Below are positions 37,911 through 53,800 of a DNA stretch of 64,000 bases, one piece after another (the stretch's first letter is position 1; each line of letters starts with the position of its first letter). Source of the stretch: Trichoplax adhaerens (Eukaryota; Animalia; Placozoa); assembly GCF_000150275.1 (NCBI RefSeq), contig NW_002060943.1, forward strand, positions 12,423,533 through 12,487,532, in the 5' to 3' direction. The translations under genes were made by a program, and so were the position numbers. The notes under the pieces were generated by a model. The model saw only the letters and a list, made by a program, of their open reading frames with translations, ran no database searches and was not told the origin of the DNA.

Positions 37911-40900
37911 CGACATCATCTTTATGAGTAGTAATTTACCTTGTATTGTACCTGTTTCGCATCATCGACGCCATTGAATTGGATAGGAGGTCAACTTTAG
38001 TTGATTATTTGCTCAAACTTTAGGTTCATATCAACATGATTCAAGTTATGATTGCTGTCGTGATCTATTCAATAATTTTATCTTACTGAATATACCTGTA
38101 CTCTACCTGTTAAACATTTATGGCCATTCAGAAATTTAGTACTGCGGAAAAAATTGAATGTACTTCGGAAAGAAATAATCATACCGCCAAATAACTAACG
38201 TTCAAGAATGAAGTTAGAATTACGATCAATTCTTATACGGCACGATGGAGATTAACAAACCACACCGCCGCTTAAACATACCTACATTACATTTAATGTA
38301 TAAATTTTAAATTTAAAAAATTAAAAGAGAGTCCACCATTAGTTTCTTTGCTTCTAATAGTAAAAAGCTAATCATATATAGTGGACTAGTTAATTTATTC
38401 TCTCGAATGTATAACAGTGGGTACTGCCAAAATAATAGAAATCTAACTTTAAATATTATTTCTTAAGTTACTGGGAAAAAGGAATGATGCCAGGGCTAAT
38501 CACTATCAACTGATTGTAATACTTACAGTGTCGTCATATCAAGATTTTCAAGACTGAGATTAATAAAGATAATTTATTTAAGTTACGCATCATTGCGGAA
38601 GTTTAAAAAAGAAATGGGAAAATAATAATAAGAGACCATCCATGATAGAGAAAATCGTATTCGATACCTATCATAACGATAGCGATTAATAACCATTATA
38701 CAAAAGTCTTAAACGGAAAACTAGACCAACTTTGAAGACTTCCAAAGAGAGCTTAAGAATTTGCTGATGGTTAGCTTCAGTGTTTTATACTTCATAAGCT
38801 TCAAAATAAAGATGTTGATACGCTGAAGTCAAAGGCAGAACTAATTATAAGAAAGTGCAGGAGATGTGCTTACCAATTAGTATTAATAAAAAAGAGCGTA
38901 TGATTAAATGAACGCCATCGAGCATATCCATTCATGATACAATATCAATATCAGCTAGTATGACATTCAATGCAATTAAATTCTGAAGAAATGACAAACG
39001 CATCACTAGGATTAAATATCAGTTACGACCTATACCACGGTTGTTAAATGATATCATGATTAAATGGCTAGTCATGAACTTCCAGTAATATACGATGTAG
39101 TAGTAGCAATGGCAGTTTCAATTTACATATGGACTGGTAACGAATAAGCGCATAGTTTAATTGCATAGCCGATCTATTCACTACGGCTAAAATTAATTCC
39201 ACGCATAGAATTGACTAAAATATTATTGTATACTTTCATAGTTATAATACTAAAACGTTTAATTTGTAATTCATTACTGTGTTGGCTTTTAATTTTGCAA
39301 TAAAGGAATCGTGCCTTTATCTTGATCGCATAAGGTAATTTCTCCGTCAATTAATGTTAAATTAATCTGAGTGAGAGGATAAATAATACAATCATACAAC
39401 GCTATTAAAGCTGACATGTAGTCAGTACTAGCAATAATTAGGAGAAGCGATAACCAGGTCACAATTTTAAGACGATGTTTTTACCATCTTCTTATACCCA
39501 TTATATTATAACGGAAACGTGGAATTTTATGTTAGCTATGTAGTACGGTACCTAATAATTATGCCGTAAGGATATCGATCGGGATAGTTGCCGCAGCAGC
39601 TATTTCTTGAATTAGGCTGTAGATTAAATGACCATACAAAACTATTAATTTCAAAACTAAAATGCTATATATGCCGTGCTATGTCCATCATATCCTTATA
39701 AAGCTAATAATTTTCTGAAGCTGGCCGTAACATCGGCTTAAAACCACGCCTGTGTACGTTTAATCGCTAGTTCTTAACGGCTTTGCTCTGATATTGAAAT
39801 TATATAGCTTAATAGCATAGCGATTTCCATACGATTTCGGTCTATGACCCTTTCGAAACAGTATTGAAAAGGCTTGCAGGTTTACTAATATATTAATTTA
39901 TCGCATGCAATAGCGGATAATAATTATAATATGTAACAAATAAATGCTACTGCTTAATGTTGAATTGCCATGACAGTATTTGATCTATTTTATCTACTAC
40001 CCAATTAATTAAAAAAAACTTCAAAATAAAGTTTATGTTATTATTTAACTGGTTAATGTATCAATAAATAAATTTCATCGTTCTTGCTGGCTGAGATGAT
40101 GTTAAAAATACTGATAGTCGCATAAAATCGATGATAGAACACTCATCACAATACAGTAGAATATTGGCTTTAAAAAAATTTCATTCAACTCGAGTATTAT
40201 AATAAAGAAAAGTTTATTTCAAGGCATTTCTCTTCAACATTAACGAACGAGGCACAAGAACAGCTGAGTTACTCTTTTGACCGTTTTATAATGCAGGTTG
40301 TTTGATAAAATTGCTGATACTACTCAACATAAATTCTTTCTTCGATGTTTGTTAGAGGGATGCATTTCCAAATCTCACTGCTAAGCTCATTTAAAAAATG
40401 TAATATTGCTTTAAAATGGCCCTATTGTAAACTAAAACTCATGCCAACGCACTTTATCGAGCAGTGTGAGCAGAAATTTTCTTTCTCCTATTATCCTACC
40501 ATGATTATCATTATTTCATGGTCGTATTTCGTAGTCCGCACAGTTACAAGAACTGTATTTGTGTGCATTTATTTGCTGCGAGTCAATCTATGTCCTGACA
40601 AAATATACTATTTAGAGGATAAGATGATGCTCAAGAACAGTTTATATTCATCTGATATCTAGATTACAAGATAAAATTTCATCATATTTGATCTAATATA
40701 GTCCGCTATCAATATTACTTAAAAAGTATTTGGATATCGCATCTATCTTTGCGTTTTTGATGTAGCGATAGAGATACAGAATTAAAGCTTTTGATATTAT
40801 CATCGCACTCTGATTACTTGAAATAGCAAAGATTAGCGTTAGTTTTCCCTTACTGTAATTTTATTTTATATAATGAACTGTCGTTTAAATTGGATTAAGC

Positions 40901-41839
40901 TTACTGCTGCTCAAGTTTAGTGTTTCACGTTAGAGAAGGACCTGTTGTTTAGTAAATCAATGACTGCATTTTGTAAAAGATAAGTTTATGAAGCTCTATT
41001 TTGAAGCTATTGACTGTAATGTGTATACCTTAACTTAATAAACATTAAATGGCATTACAACTAGCACTTTGTCAGAGTGCTTAATCATTCAGCTCATTTA
41101 AGGCTTGACTGTTATTTATGTTAATTTAAAAAATTTTGTGAGCAGGGGTATTATTGCTGCTATAATTATAAGTAATCAAGAGGACATGGATACATACGGC
41201 TATTATAAAGAGAAAGGCTTAAAATTATAAAACAAGAAATATTTGTCGTTTGATAGAGCAACTACTATCATTGAAGCCAAGTTCTTTCTTTGAGCGGATG
41301 AAATCGATAGTAATGATCATAGACTTTCAACATAAATTAAACCAGTTCCTACAGCCTAACGTGTATATAAAACGGATTGGGTAATGGTAAAGTAGCTACT
41401 AATAATGAGTACATAGAATCAGCCAATCCTATACATTGTATGTGACTGCGACTGTGCAAGTGTACATTGTTATACCGTACATATCAAAGTGGTCTACACT
41501 CTCACGTTTCATATAGTGTAGCATAAGCTAAATTTGTATATTGTCTTATTATCTGGTGTACTCTAATAATTATTTCATACCGTTGGCTATGGCACTATAC
41601 AGCATTCGTTGATATTAGTATGAACATTCGATGATAGCCATAGTTGCTTAGTACAAAACATTGATTGATACTGGCATCATTACGGTACCTTATGGAATCC
41701 ATTTTTAGTGCTATTTCCGTTTTTATTGCCTAAATCATTTTTAAAGGGTAGGTAAACTACCAGAGCCTAAAGCAATTCTGTTATTTGGTTAATTATTTCA
41801 ATAATAGATTGTAATGTTATTATCTACATTGTGTCACAT

Positions 41840-43345
41840 CTTTGGTTGCCAATGTAGATGAGCTGTGGACACCAATAGCAACCTATCCCAATGGATTATG
41901 GCTGGCCCTATATAATCACTTTGATTACCGATTGACACTAGTCAATAACTTGGTGATCGCATGTTGTTTACGAATTCATTTGCGGGGTATCACTTTTGGA
42001 TACGGTTGAATACAGGCCATATTGTTTCCAAAATATTATGATGCTCTTTCATATGCAACTAAGTGCTTATACCCTGCACTTCAGGTTAAATTATTTCATT
42101 TCATACAATTGATTTTAATAATTTAATACAATACTAATTGGAATTTTTTTGTTTTCTCTCTATTTTCCCATCTATATCTATGCAACCTAAGTGTATTGAT
42201 CACAGGACGTAAATAAATGGGTTGAAAAAGATGCCAACGCTATTAGACAATGTACTTGTATTGGGCAACGTATCTTTTATGCAATGACTACAGCAACTTT
42301 GACGTCATCGCATTAAGATACCAAATCATAACATAAATAAGTTTCGGCATAATTTAATTGCAACCTATAGCAACCATAGAATATGAGTGCAGTATCTAAG
42401 TATCCTATGTCTACAGAGGAGGAAAACAATAATAACAATGTCATTCATTCATTTGTGCCGAGTTCAACGTATTCCTTATTCATTGTGTTACGGAATAGAC
42501 AATTTTAACAGACTATACAGAGACTTTGTAGTATCTGGGTGGATCCATCATTGAGTGATACAACCTTTCCTGGAAGTATAGTCCACTTACGCATGCTATA
42601 GGGAAGTGACCATAGGAAGTTTTAAGCCATTGATTGAATGAATAAAAGATGAGAAAAAATTGCATCAAAGATCCTTTAATTAATACCATAACATCTCCAT
42701 TTATTTATCGTAACCATCTATTTGATCCATTTTTCAATCTATGATAGCCTAACTGATCTCGCTGATGATGCCTACAGTCCAAGGTATTATGCTTCTCAGT
42801 CCAATTCTACAGCATCAGCCTGCTACGTTGCAATATAGATTAATTTTTTTCCTCCCGCCATGCGGCATGTACTCAGCAGCTCATTCCTTGTGTACTAGAT
42901 CCGTAATTGAAGATTTGAAAAGGAAATATATTTGCAGTGGTTGCTACGTTACTCGATACATTTACTGCAATTTAATAGTCTCCATTGAGCCTAATACTGC
43001 ATAACATTTGAAAAATATCAACAATTTCCATAGAAACCATAGCAACTAGTACCACCCACGAATAGTATACGCATGCGTTAATGGCTTTTCCTTTGTGTTA
43101 CCTTAGTTTTACCACCTAATTGTGCAGTATTATGCTACAAACAAACAACCTTAGGTTGCTATCGGGGTGCTCACTAGGTGCATGGCAGAGTATTTAAGTT
43201 ACCTTACATCATTTCTTATTCAATCATTGTGATCGAGAAATTATAAGCAGCGTTAACACAGATTCAATTTCAAATATCATATCTTGGATTGATATCAATT
43301 CTTCAGTTCACTTGATCCATTAGCAATCAACATAACCAAGGTAAA
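41840..43345 (+). promoter_or_regulatory. Putative promoter/enhancer with RFX X-box-like sites, a CRE and a CGCATGCG palindrome; possible non-coding first exon ending at CAAG|GTAAAT (~43340)
   Basis: ATAGCAAC/GTTGCTA half sites at ~41875, 42367, 42940, 43039 and 43155; TTTCCATAGAAAC at 43025; TGACGTCA at 42300; ACGCATGCGT at 43069. Confidence 0.35.
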
Positions 43346-46300
43346 TTGATAATTGATGTTAGCATATCGTGTGATATTTAAGCTAAAATGCTACAGCATT
43401 GCATATTGCATGATAACGGACTACTAGCATTGATGTAGCCACCCTATTTAGTCATAACAACGGTAGCCTTATACCGTCATGCTTATGTGCGCAACATGCT
43501 AGGACATCAACCATGTCCACGAGCCCAAGTCGGTTATCGATGGGATTGATTTTTTAAATGAGCATTTATTGAAATGATTGAAAATATGATTTTACGGAAA
43601 TAATTTCATCAAATTTACGCACACAACACTTATGCAGATATAGACAGTTATTTAGCCTTAAGTATTCATTATGATTATTTTGCGTCGACTTGATCATACC
43701 TTTACCTACAGTCTATCAAAAGTTTAAACAGTTTGGTACCTCCGGTACCTACACCTTTCATTTTCTTATGTTGGACTAAAATTATAGTCCTAAAGCAATT
43801 TTAGTTATTTTTTGATATTGGTTGTTATATATTAATTAAACTAAAATTGAACAAATGTTAAGCTTATTTAACTACAGTGCATTTTAATTTTTAAATACAA
43901 CCGGTGTTCAATAATTGTCAAAGGCGTATTTGATCTTAATGTAGTTTCATTTTATACTAGTAGATTGCTATGAGTAACATATATACTCCCAGGATATTTA
44001 CCTGATTTGGTATTTAAAATTATTTTGTAATTGATATTTAACCACATAGTCGTAAACAACTCTCTAAATTCTTATTCCAAGTACTGATGCTGTATGTCAG
44101 CTCGATATAAAAGTAATATTGCAAGTTGATAAACATGAATTGAATCGCGCAATTCGTGTTTATTGTCTCCAAATTTCTAAATTTTAATTAAGAAAAATTT
44201 TAGGTACTTTTCATATCATTGGCCACTTTGCTTAGAATATTACATCAAAAAGTTATAAATAGCTAGTTCATCTAGAGTAATCTGCAATACTGCCCTGAAA
44301 TTATTAGCTTAGCCAGTGTCATGTATGCGTCATATTACTCTAGTATGTTTTGCGTTATATGGCTGCATAACAATAGCCGATAAATCAAATTCATTCCTAA
44401 ATTCTTAAATACTTATAGTAAGTTCAGTTTAGCTATTTCTTCTATGTATACGAATTGGAATTAATTTCTTTAATACCATTAAAGTGAAGCTAATATTGGC
44501 ATTATGACCTTAAATTGATGATGATGATATTTTTACCGCTCGAGAGGGTCATTTTAACAAAGTAGCTTACTTATTCTTTCTAAACTATATGAACTACCGT
44601 ATTCAACTTTATTTGATCCCAATCTTAATATATTAATCGCTAATAATGGTGATATAAGTAAAGTAACCCAGTTCTAATTATTAAATGTGTGTAAAATTAC
44701 TGTAACAAACTAATTTTTAAGGAACTTTCATCACCATTTGTAGTTCAAACTATAAAAACGCATATATGAAATGTTGAAATTAGTCATGCGGTAATACCTT
44801 TGTTTTTAGAGATATGGTATATCTTGCACGGCTATTTAAAATAAACGATAGGTTAGAAAACAGTCAGTCATGGATCTATAACATTAAAAATAAGGCTAAA
44901 TTGCTTCAGGGAAAAATTAATCAGTACTTTAAGCTACGTTTAAACTTGGATTTTAATTTCAATTGGCATATAAATACCTAGATTATTAAAAAAGTATTGA
45001 AGAATCAAGCCTTGCTTCTATTTTATCAATAATAGAGCACATTATTGACTATTTAACTAAGCAAATATTATGGCACACAGTTGCTCTTTTTTAGATCACA
45101 AGTTGATAGATCATATTTTAGAGTAGAAACAGTAAAAATCGTCTCTGGACTTGACAATACAAGATTACAGTACATATTCCACTAGTATCGTTACTGTAAA
45201 TTTGAGTAATTCACTGGCAGTAAGATAATTCTATTTATATTTATAATGACTGATTAGGCAGAAAGCGTTCAGTATCGCGAATTCTAAAGAATCTTTGCAG
45301 AACGATCTTTTTTTTATCGGATCGAGATCTAGTTTAAAACAGTGATGCGTAAAATCAGAACGCTCCAATTATATCTTTTCAGTAGAGAATAATTAATATC
45401 AACTATTGGTAAAAGTTAGAGTATAGATCTAGCTGATCAAGGCTGTCAGTAATATTGAATAAACTTAAAATAATGAAAGTATTTCTGCCAAAAATGACGC
45501 AAACACGACTTCATTGATATTTTATTGAAAATGAATGACTGTTTTCATCCTTATAATTAAGAATTATGAGCCAATTATCATTGTCATTTGAAATAGAAAA
45601 TTTGTGAGACTCATCTTATTTAAAAGTAGATTGGAAAATATAGACGCAGGTGTGTAAGTAGTTCAAATGGTGTTCTACTTCATTTCTTTTATAATAATAC
45701 GATATATGCACAGTGGTTTTCGTTAATTAATAAAACTGGCATTTCAATAGAAATGATCCATCTGTAATTGAATAATACAATACTTTAACCTTGACTAATC
45801 AAAATCGATGCCATATTACGTTAGAGAATCATCTTCCGACATATCAATATCTACCAGTATAATATTATGAACTGAGCATAGCTTGTTAGTGCATTAACTA
45901 GGATTTTGAAGTACAGCACGGTAGATAAATGACAAGAAATATCGGTTAATTTAGTGCATTTCAAAATATGTGAGAAAATACGACAATAATAAATTTATAG
46001 TTTTCGGACTTATGAAATAGCACATCGTCCTAAATTTCGCCTTAAAATGCTGATTATTTAAATCGAGCAATATAGTAAGGGTACTTTGCGACTTGCGTAT
46101 TGCGGCAGTCTATATCTTATCCTATCTAAGTCGTCTACTTCATAATAAAGTTAAAACAACGAAACTTAAGATAAAAGTCTGCTTTATTAAGGAGTATATA
46201 TGCTTATAGTTTAATTTGAATTACCTGATATGATCATATTAGCTCTCCCACAATCCAGTAGAATAAAGCGGCATAATGTTTTTTACATACTTAAAATCGG

Positions 46301-48582
46301 GAAAAAATTCCTCTTTCATCAAATTCTCGACAACTTGAGGATCACTAATGATCCATAAAGAATTACCATAGCTGCTATATAATACTATCGAGCTACTTTC
46401 CTAACTGTAATATAGGAGAAATGAAATAGAATTGTTGAGTCTTTAAATTGCTTGTATTTGGATAGGCATAAGCATCCCCTAGACATTAAAATTTCGGTAG
46501 ATTTTTGTACTAGCATTATTTTCGGGGTATTATTAATCGCGTTTAACACTTCCTACACTAATAAGCATCTGGTACTACAAGTTATATGTTTTATTATCCC
46601 CTAAGTTGTATGTTGTTTGGATCTTCTTCCAATAATTCTATAACAGCACTAGGGACACGATAAATAAATACGGAAATTTTTCCAGAAAAATCTATATAAT
46701 ATTAGATAATGAAAATAATTTATCTTACGATAATTATTTTTCCATAACATTGATTTACATCAATTCCTTTTACTTTAAAATGAATGCAAAAAAGAATAAG
46801 GAAAACTACGATATTATATAATCGCATCGTTTGCCTTTACCGGTGGCTAGCTTATTATTTAAAGTCTTGCAATAGAAAGAACAAATGAAATAGTTTTTGC
46901 CAAGTTATACTCGTATAATACTTAAAACCTGCCGTAGCAATAAATTAGATTTTAATTTAAAAGCACACGTTTCGTTTAGCTAGCTGCATTTTATTGATTT
47001 AAATGATTTCTGGAACATGACTAGATCGAATAATTCTATATATTTATTTTTCATTGCAAGATTGATGTTGCCATACCCTTCGTGAATTATTACAGGGGAA
47101 TTAATAATATATAATAAATAAAACAAATTTAAGCATATACAGTTATATGAATTTATATGGCATTTTACTAAAACAAAGAGATCTTCAATTGCAAGGTTAA
47201 TATGAATTAGAAAGCATTTGAATCATTATTTTTTAATATGGATTTCTCTTAATGGACCATCGATTGTGACCGCTTTCATATCGACCAGCAATTCTTTTGC
47301 GACCCTGTACACCTTGGTCGGGTACACTAAATCTAAGCATTAATCAGATAGAGCGCCCTTAAGGATGCCAATTACAAACTACCTTGTATATGTAAGACAC
47401 AACTAATTTAAAGATCTGTCAGTGCAGTATTTAATACACAAATCAACAACATGGGGAACTTTGTTTACTTAAAGAATACGTAATAATTACGATTTATAAG
47501 ATCAAAGTACAAATACCCCAATACTTACTATATTTACTTACTGAATATACTCGAAAATGTAAGAGTTATCCATCAAACATTTTCCGATTTTAATCGAAAT
47601 TATTATCGAGTACGGCTGCATTTTTAAACAAATATTGGATCATACTGGAGCTCTTTCATTACAATACTATGCCCAAGAACTAGAGAGCTGTCAAGGGAAG
47701 TAGTTATGCAGTACAAATACTGTGTGACATATTAAGATCGCTTTGCTCTGTTCATAATAAGTAATGGCTAGCATTAATCAAATCTCATCATTAAGTAAAT
47801 CGAATTATTTTTTTTAACACTGTAAACTGGGCTATTCCTTCACCAAAAATCTACGCGTACTTCGTTTAATCAGACGAGCGAGATTTGGAACTAACATTAT
47901 CATTCAATTACTCAAGATCATTGAGTAGAGGTATTGTTGTCAAAAGGTTCAGCATTGCTAATTAAGACTAGAGTATTATTTGTTTTAGAGGGTTTAGTCT
48001 GAGTAGTATTTTAACATATAAACTCAGTTATTGGCCCCTTTTTTTGCTTTAGATACATTAAAAGCAGACCAGGAACCTTCACTCTGGGAGATTTACCCAC
48101 ATTTAATTTCTTAGTAATGGCAACTCTTAAAAGATTATTCAACATTCCCCTCATTGTAAAATTGATTATAAATGCTCCCGAAATACCATAAAATTATTCA
48201 GATCGATCGGATGAACTCTTCATCGTTATTCCAATTTCATAATAAGGTGTTAAATAGTCGATTAAATTCTGAAGCTGACCATTAAGATATCTTCGGTCTT
48301 TTAACTAGTTTTTCATGTATTCCAACCAAGTATGTTCTCTTATTAATGAATCAGATCTGAATATATATTCTATAAATATCTATTTACTATTTAGAATAAT
48401 CTTTATATCCTTAGTACGGCATTATTTCGTAAATATGCCACTAATTGACTTATTTATACCATTTCACGGCTCAACTCGTAGTAATATATGTATACAAACA
48501 TAATTTAAATCTGAGTAACATTTAATTCATCAATACTTCATGTTCATATTAAAATATCTCCTTATCAATTTAATTATTTCAG

Positions 48583-50841
48583 ATGACGCGTGAGACAGAA
48601 AGTAAATCATGTCGTTTTCCATCTTGCAAGATTACTCCTTTTCAGTCATCTGAGGTAGGCGCAATTGTTTAATAAATTTGTAGACTATCCCAAATCACTT
48701 TATGAAATAAATTAATTATCAACTATGCTATTGTGATACTAATTAGTTTTCTTGTACGGAATCATAATATTAGCCGAGTATTGCATTAACATGTAATTGC
48801 TTAATCGTGGCTTTTATACAATTTTACAGAAGAGGTGTTTTTCTTCATTCTACTACTGTTTACACTAATATCTTAAAGACATTAAACTATATCCTAAAAT
48901 CATTGCAGTAGTATAGGATTTGAATAATGTTACAAAAACACAACTAGAAATTGATATACAGTACAATAGATTGGATTTCTCAGAACTCGTAGCATTTTGG
49001 CCTATTGAGATATTCGGTGCCATAATTTATTTTCATATTATAAGTCACAGTAACATTTTTCAAGGTCTTGACAAGATGTGAATTTCGAAATTGATAATCT
49101 CGAAATAATTGTATTTTCATTATCTATTTTTCAGTCGCTGTTAAGTAAAGTCAAAGAATTACAGTATTTACTGCTTCAAGAATATGCATCACCTGATGCT
49201 TTAACTACAGTTTGTTCAGACTTAATATCTGCTATCCACTGCTATTCCAATATACCACAAGATTCATCCATGAATCATGAAAAGTACCAAGATTATCCTA
49301 ATCTTGAATTGCACAATCATTCCAAAAGCAGTAAAAATGCCAATCGTTTATTAAATGATGACTTAAAATTGATAATTCATGAAATATCCCAACATATTTC
49401 TAAATCAAGTCAGCCACCACCTCCATCTTCAAAGCCTGATATTGGCTATTTCTTATTGCAGTTAACATATTGGCTAACTAAATTACTAGAATCTGTAGAT
49501 GCAAATAATATGAACACTAATAGTAACGATGCAGAACAAAAACATCATAATGATGGCGATGATAGAAAAGCATCAGAACAGCAAATAAAAGAATCTAAAG
49601 TATCAGTCTTGGCAATTGCTACGTTAATATCAACTGTTGTATCTTATATAGCAGTTTACCATAATTCAATGGAAACTGGCAGTCATAATGACGGCAGAAA
49701 TCAGTTGTCGAATTGTCAAAATCGTCGTGATCATCATCACTGTCGTGATGCAGTTAGCAATGATACCGATGATGATTACATTGAAGTAGAAGAGGATGAT
49801 GAAGGAGATGGTACCGATGATACCATGGAGACAGATTCAAAAGTAAGTCGTGATGATCATTCATTATCCTCTCCATCGTCAATTCAGGAGTACAATTCAT
49901 GTGGACAGATAGATGTAGATGAAGTGAAATCAAGTCAGAAAATAAGTAGTAAAGTAGGAAATTCACTACAGGAAGAAGGAGGGCAGAAAAATCAACCCAC
50001 TGATCTAGCTCCTATTGCAAGCATTGCTTACACTTCCAATAATTTTATTAATTCAACTGCATTAACGGATATTGATTCTAATACAACTACGACAAACTCC
50101 AATAGCAAAGCTGCAAATGAGCTAAAGCCAACAGTAATAGTATCTCCATCTATAGCACCAGTGCCGAAGGTGTCCAATATTGCAACAACAGTAATTCCAT
50201 CACCAAGCGAGTTGAATTATGCTGTTAGGAATAGTATTGACAAAGCTATTCATCCTTGTTTGCCAATCGTCATGACTACTAATCCAACGACAAAACATTT
50301 CAATGCTAGAGTCCTGTATAGCCATGGTGGAAAACATCTTGCAGGCTATCCTGGTTTGCCACCATCCCTATTTAACTCAACCCTCAGTAATCATCAACCC
50401 ATCATCGCAAGTACATTATTGTGTCCGTATTGTTCATTGAGCTTAGCCAAATATACTGATAGCCAGATGAATCAATATTACACATGTACTCATTGTCATC
50501 ATCATTTTCCTGTTACATCTCCTTCGTCTCCAACTTTAACATCTACTGTTTCGGTGGCATCATCATCATCGCTGTCTCCAACCCATGTTAAACAACACAA
50601 AATTTATAGATGCAAAGATTGTAAAAAAGTATTTAGTGATTCCTCAACGTTGCAACGTCATCGTTCTGTCCATAGCGCTGAACGTCCCTTTAAATGTAGA
50701 ACCTGTTTTGCTGCATTTAAGTTAAAGCATCATCTTCAACGTCATGAAAAGCTCCATGCTAGCTTAGTAACATGTACAGATTGCCATCGTACATTTTCGC
50801 ATTTATCGCAGTTACATAATCATATCCGAAGACGGCATTAA
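48583..50841 (+). CDS. C2H2 zinc-finger transcription factor with three C-terminal fingers; exons 48583-48654 and 49135-50841
   Basis: MTRETESK..QSSE|GT..AG|SLLSK splices in phase. Acidic and Ser/Thr-rich middle, a CPYC..CTHC motif, then CKDC..HRSVH-SAERPF-CRTC..HEKLH-CTDC..HIRRRH. Confidence 0.9.
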
Positions 50842-53800
50842 CCGTGGATAGGAATACCTATCTTCTTCAGCAGGATTAAAGTGATAAACTATGATATAGC
50901 AGGACAAGTTTGGTCGTTTTTGTTATTCTTCGTGATACGGACAAGTACTTTACTACTCTATTGGCTCATCACCAAATCAGTAACAGTACTACTTCAGATT
51001 TTGACTATTCAAAACCTAAACTAATAACTGATTAATTAATGGTGCTTTTGTATCATGATAGAAGTAACACAGAATCAGGAGTTGTCCTTTATCTTTATGC
51101 TTTTAATAGAAAAAATTTAAAAATCTATGCAAAAAAGTTAGGCTCACGTTTAATGTAAAGTATATATCAAATTGAAATTATATAAATATATATATACATG
51201 CCCCATTTATTAATTTCAAAAGGAAAAGGCATTTCATAATATATGAAATGCCTTAAATATCACAAAAATAAGCTAAAATTCTAGCATGTGATAACGCAAT
51301 AATTTATTATATCCATCACTTCTTTCCATAATTATTATTAAGATATTTATTGGACCTAAATGAATTTGCAGTAAGGTTATATCAGTAATTATTATTAGAT
51401 TTTTCATTACTTGGTATACCATTAAGAACGCGCGTTATTAGCTTTCATTAATTTCATCATACATCATTAAAAATGAATTGGATAACAGTAATGCATTTAA
51501 GCTAGTCTTAAGAGTTAACCTTAACAAAAATAAGGCTGTTTATAGATTTAATCTATACAATTATACTGTTGGAAGATATGTTTCGACATGATTAATTTAT
51601 AGAGAGAACTTGGAAAATAAATACTACAATTAGATCATGGCCATTTACTACTTAATGTGTGCTATTCTATCTACTGCGTAGATTAGGCACTTTTCTTGAT
51701 CTCTCAATTATAATAGCGTTTCGTTCAATTATGGATACATACACACGGATATTCGTGTCTGATCGTACCTTACTATGAACCTTTAAACCTTTGATATTTA
51801 AATTTCTTGCTTAAACATCTTATTAGCCCTTACTTTATCTATCATGCGTAAAGTCTAATGGGTTTTCCTGCAATATCATTTATCTACTTGTCACATTCAT
51901 CGCTTTTAACCGATATAAATTTGACTATAACTTTATGATCTCAATTCAAATGGGTGCAACTTGAATTAATTTTTTATCGTGTAGATACTATAATTGAAAG
52001 AATAAAAATCTTGTCCGATTGCAGCATTAATAAGAAGCAAGTCATAATGTTACTTTGCTGTAAGCTTGATACATATTAGTTGACGATTAGATCAAGTAGA
52101 ATTTAGTGTTGATAGAAAGTTGCTAACAGTTGGCCTACTATAACGTCTAGCCAGCTCATTTAAGTTCTGAAATGAAGTCATTTTGGTTCCATATCACGAT
52201 AATTTTTTTAAACGTAGCAGTGTATTTAAATTACATTATTTCTTACAATATCCTTCATTATTAGGTACTTGTATTAATGGAATATACAGAATTTAGGTTT
52301 ATGTGTTCAAGGCTGTAAATTAGTAACCATCAAATTACCTTCTTATCTCTTTACTTAAGCTTAAATTATAGCTTATCAAGGCAATTACAGAATGGTAAGT
52401 ACTTCATCGTGTACCAGTGAATTCCAATGGAAAGCGAGAATTAATAGATTGTAGCGATTCTGATATTTTTTTACAAAGCTGAAAGGTAAATGTAACGTCT
52501 TGTTTTTGCTTCATTATTTATCTTCATTAAGATACTGAAAAAAAGCAATAGCAGCTCATAATTATCAACTATAGCTATTAGTATAGCTATTTCAGTAATT
52601 TACCGTAAAATTTATTTTAGGTTTATATGGAATTGCAATAGGCAAGGAGGATTCTTATGTATGCCTTTTCTGTCCCTTTACCTGTACACGCAAAAACCAT
52701 AACGATTAAATTATCTAGTCTTTATTAACATTCAAGAGCTAATTATATCAGTGAATGGTTAATTCTTTACTCTATTTAACATCGGAACGTAGTTTGGATT
52801 GCTTAAATAGACTCAGCCTTCCGTTTACTCTATTTTCCTTATAAACGAGTAAATTCGGTGGAGTACTTATTATTGCCTATGAGGAAACTGATTTTGTGCA
52901 ATTCATCGCAAGTACAGTAAAGAAATAGTCTTCGACTGTACTTGACCTTCTTAGACCACTGTATGAGTTCGCTAATAATTAAATAAGTTCTAATACTTAA
53001 ATAAAGGGTTTGATATGATAGATACTGAATTGGAGATGCACATAAAAAGCGTTGTGCAAGTAATCCTCTTTGTCGAGATTAATGCAATCCTTTACCCTTT
53101 TATATCGTTAGTCTCATACAAGGCATAGCAATTGACCGTTTACTGCAAGACGCTGAACACATGTAAAGGTCTGAAAACTAATTCTGAATCCTATAGAAAC
53201 ATCACAAACTGTAAAACCAAATTTGTGACTCGATATTTTAATTTTCTGCAATAACAGATCATAGATTACAATCATGCCAATAGTTCCATTATTAATGGAG
53301 TCAAATACAATGATGGCTTGATACGAGTAAATAGGGCACAATTCAGGCTATATAGCTTAGGAAAATTGTTCGATATTATAACATGACTAGTGTTTAAACA
53401 TACAGTATTTTATAAGAAATAATTACTTAAATCAATTTTTTTTAAACTGCCAAACAAAATAGTGGCATGAAGTTACTGAAAGTTTACAAACGTTCATCCA
53501 AGTAATATTTCCAATTATATTTTAAAGGGATTGTTATAACAACCAAAATAGAATTATGGTTACCACAACATTATAAATTGATTCTTGATGGGCAATCAGT
53601 AGGAAGATCGGAGAAATAGTACTTGGAGAAAATACCTTATTCTAAACATTGGCTAATTTTAATATTTAACCAATAGGCGCGTATTGCTGATTTCATCATG
53701 CGAGAGCCGAACAGGTTTGAAGACAAAGTGAAATTCATGATTACTACTGCTGATATAATCTATATCCTTCTATAAATTAATTTCTTAATTCGCAATAGAG

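Noticed and set aside
49078-49134. N-terminal extension MNFEIDN.. of the zinc-finger ORF
   Set aside because: The GTG start lies in the intron's pyrimidine tract; the acceptor at 49134 joins exon 48583-48654 in phase.
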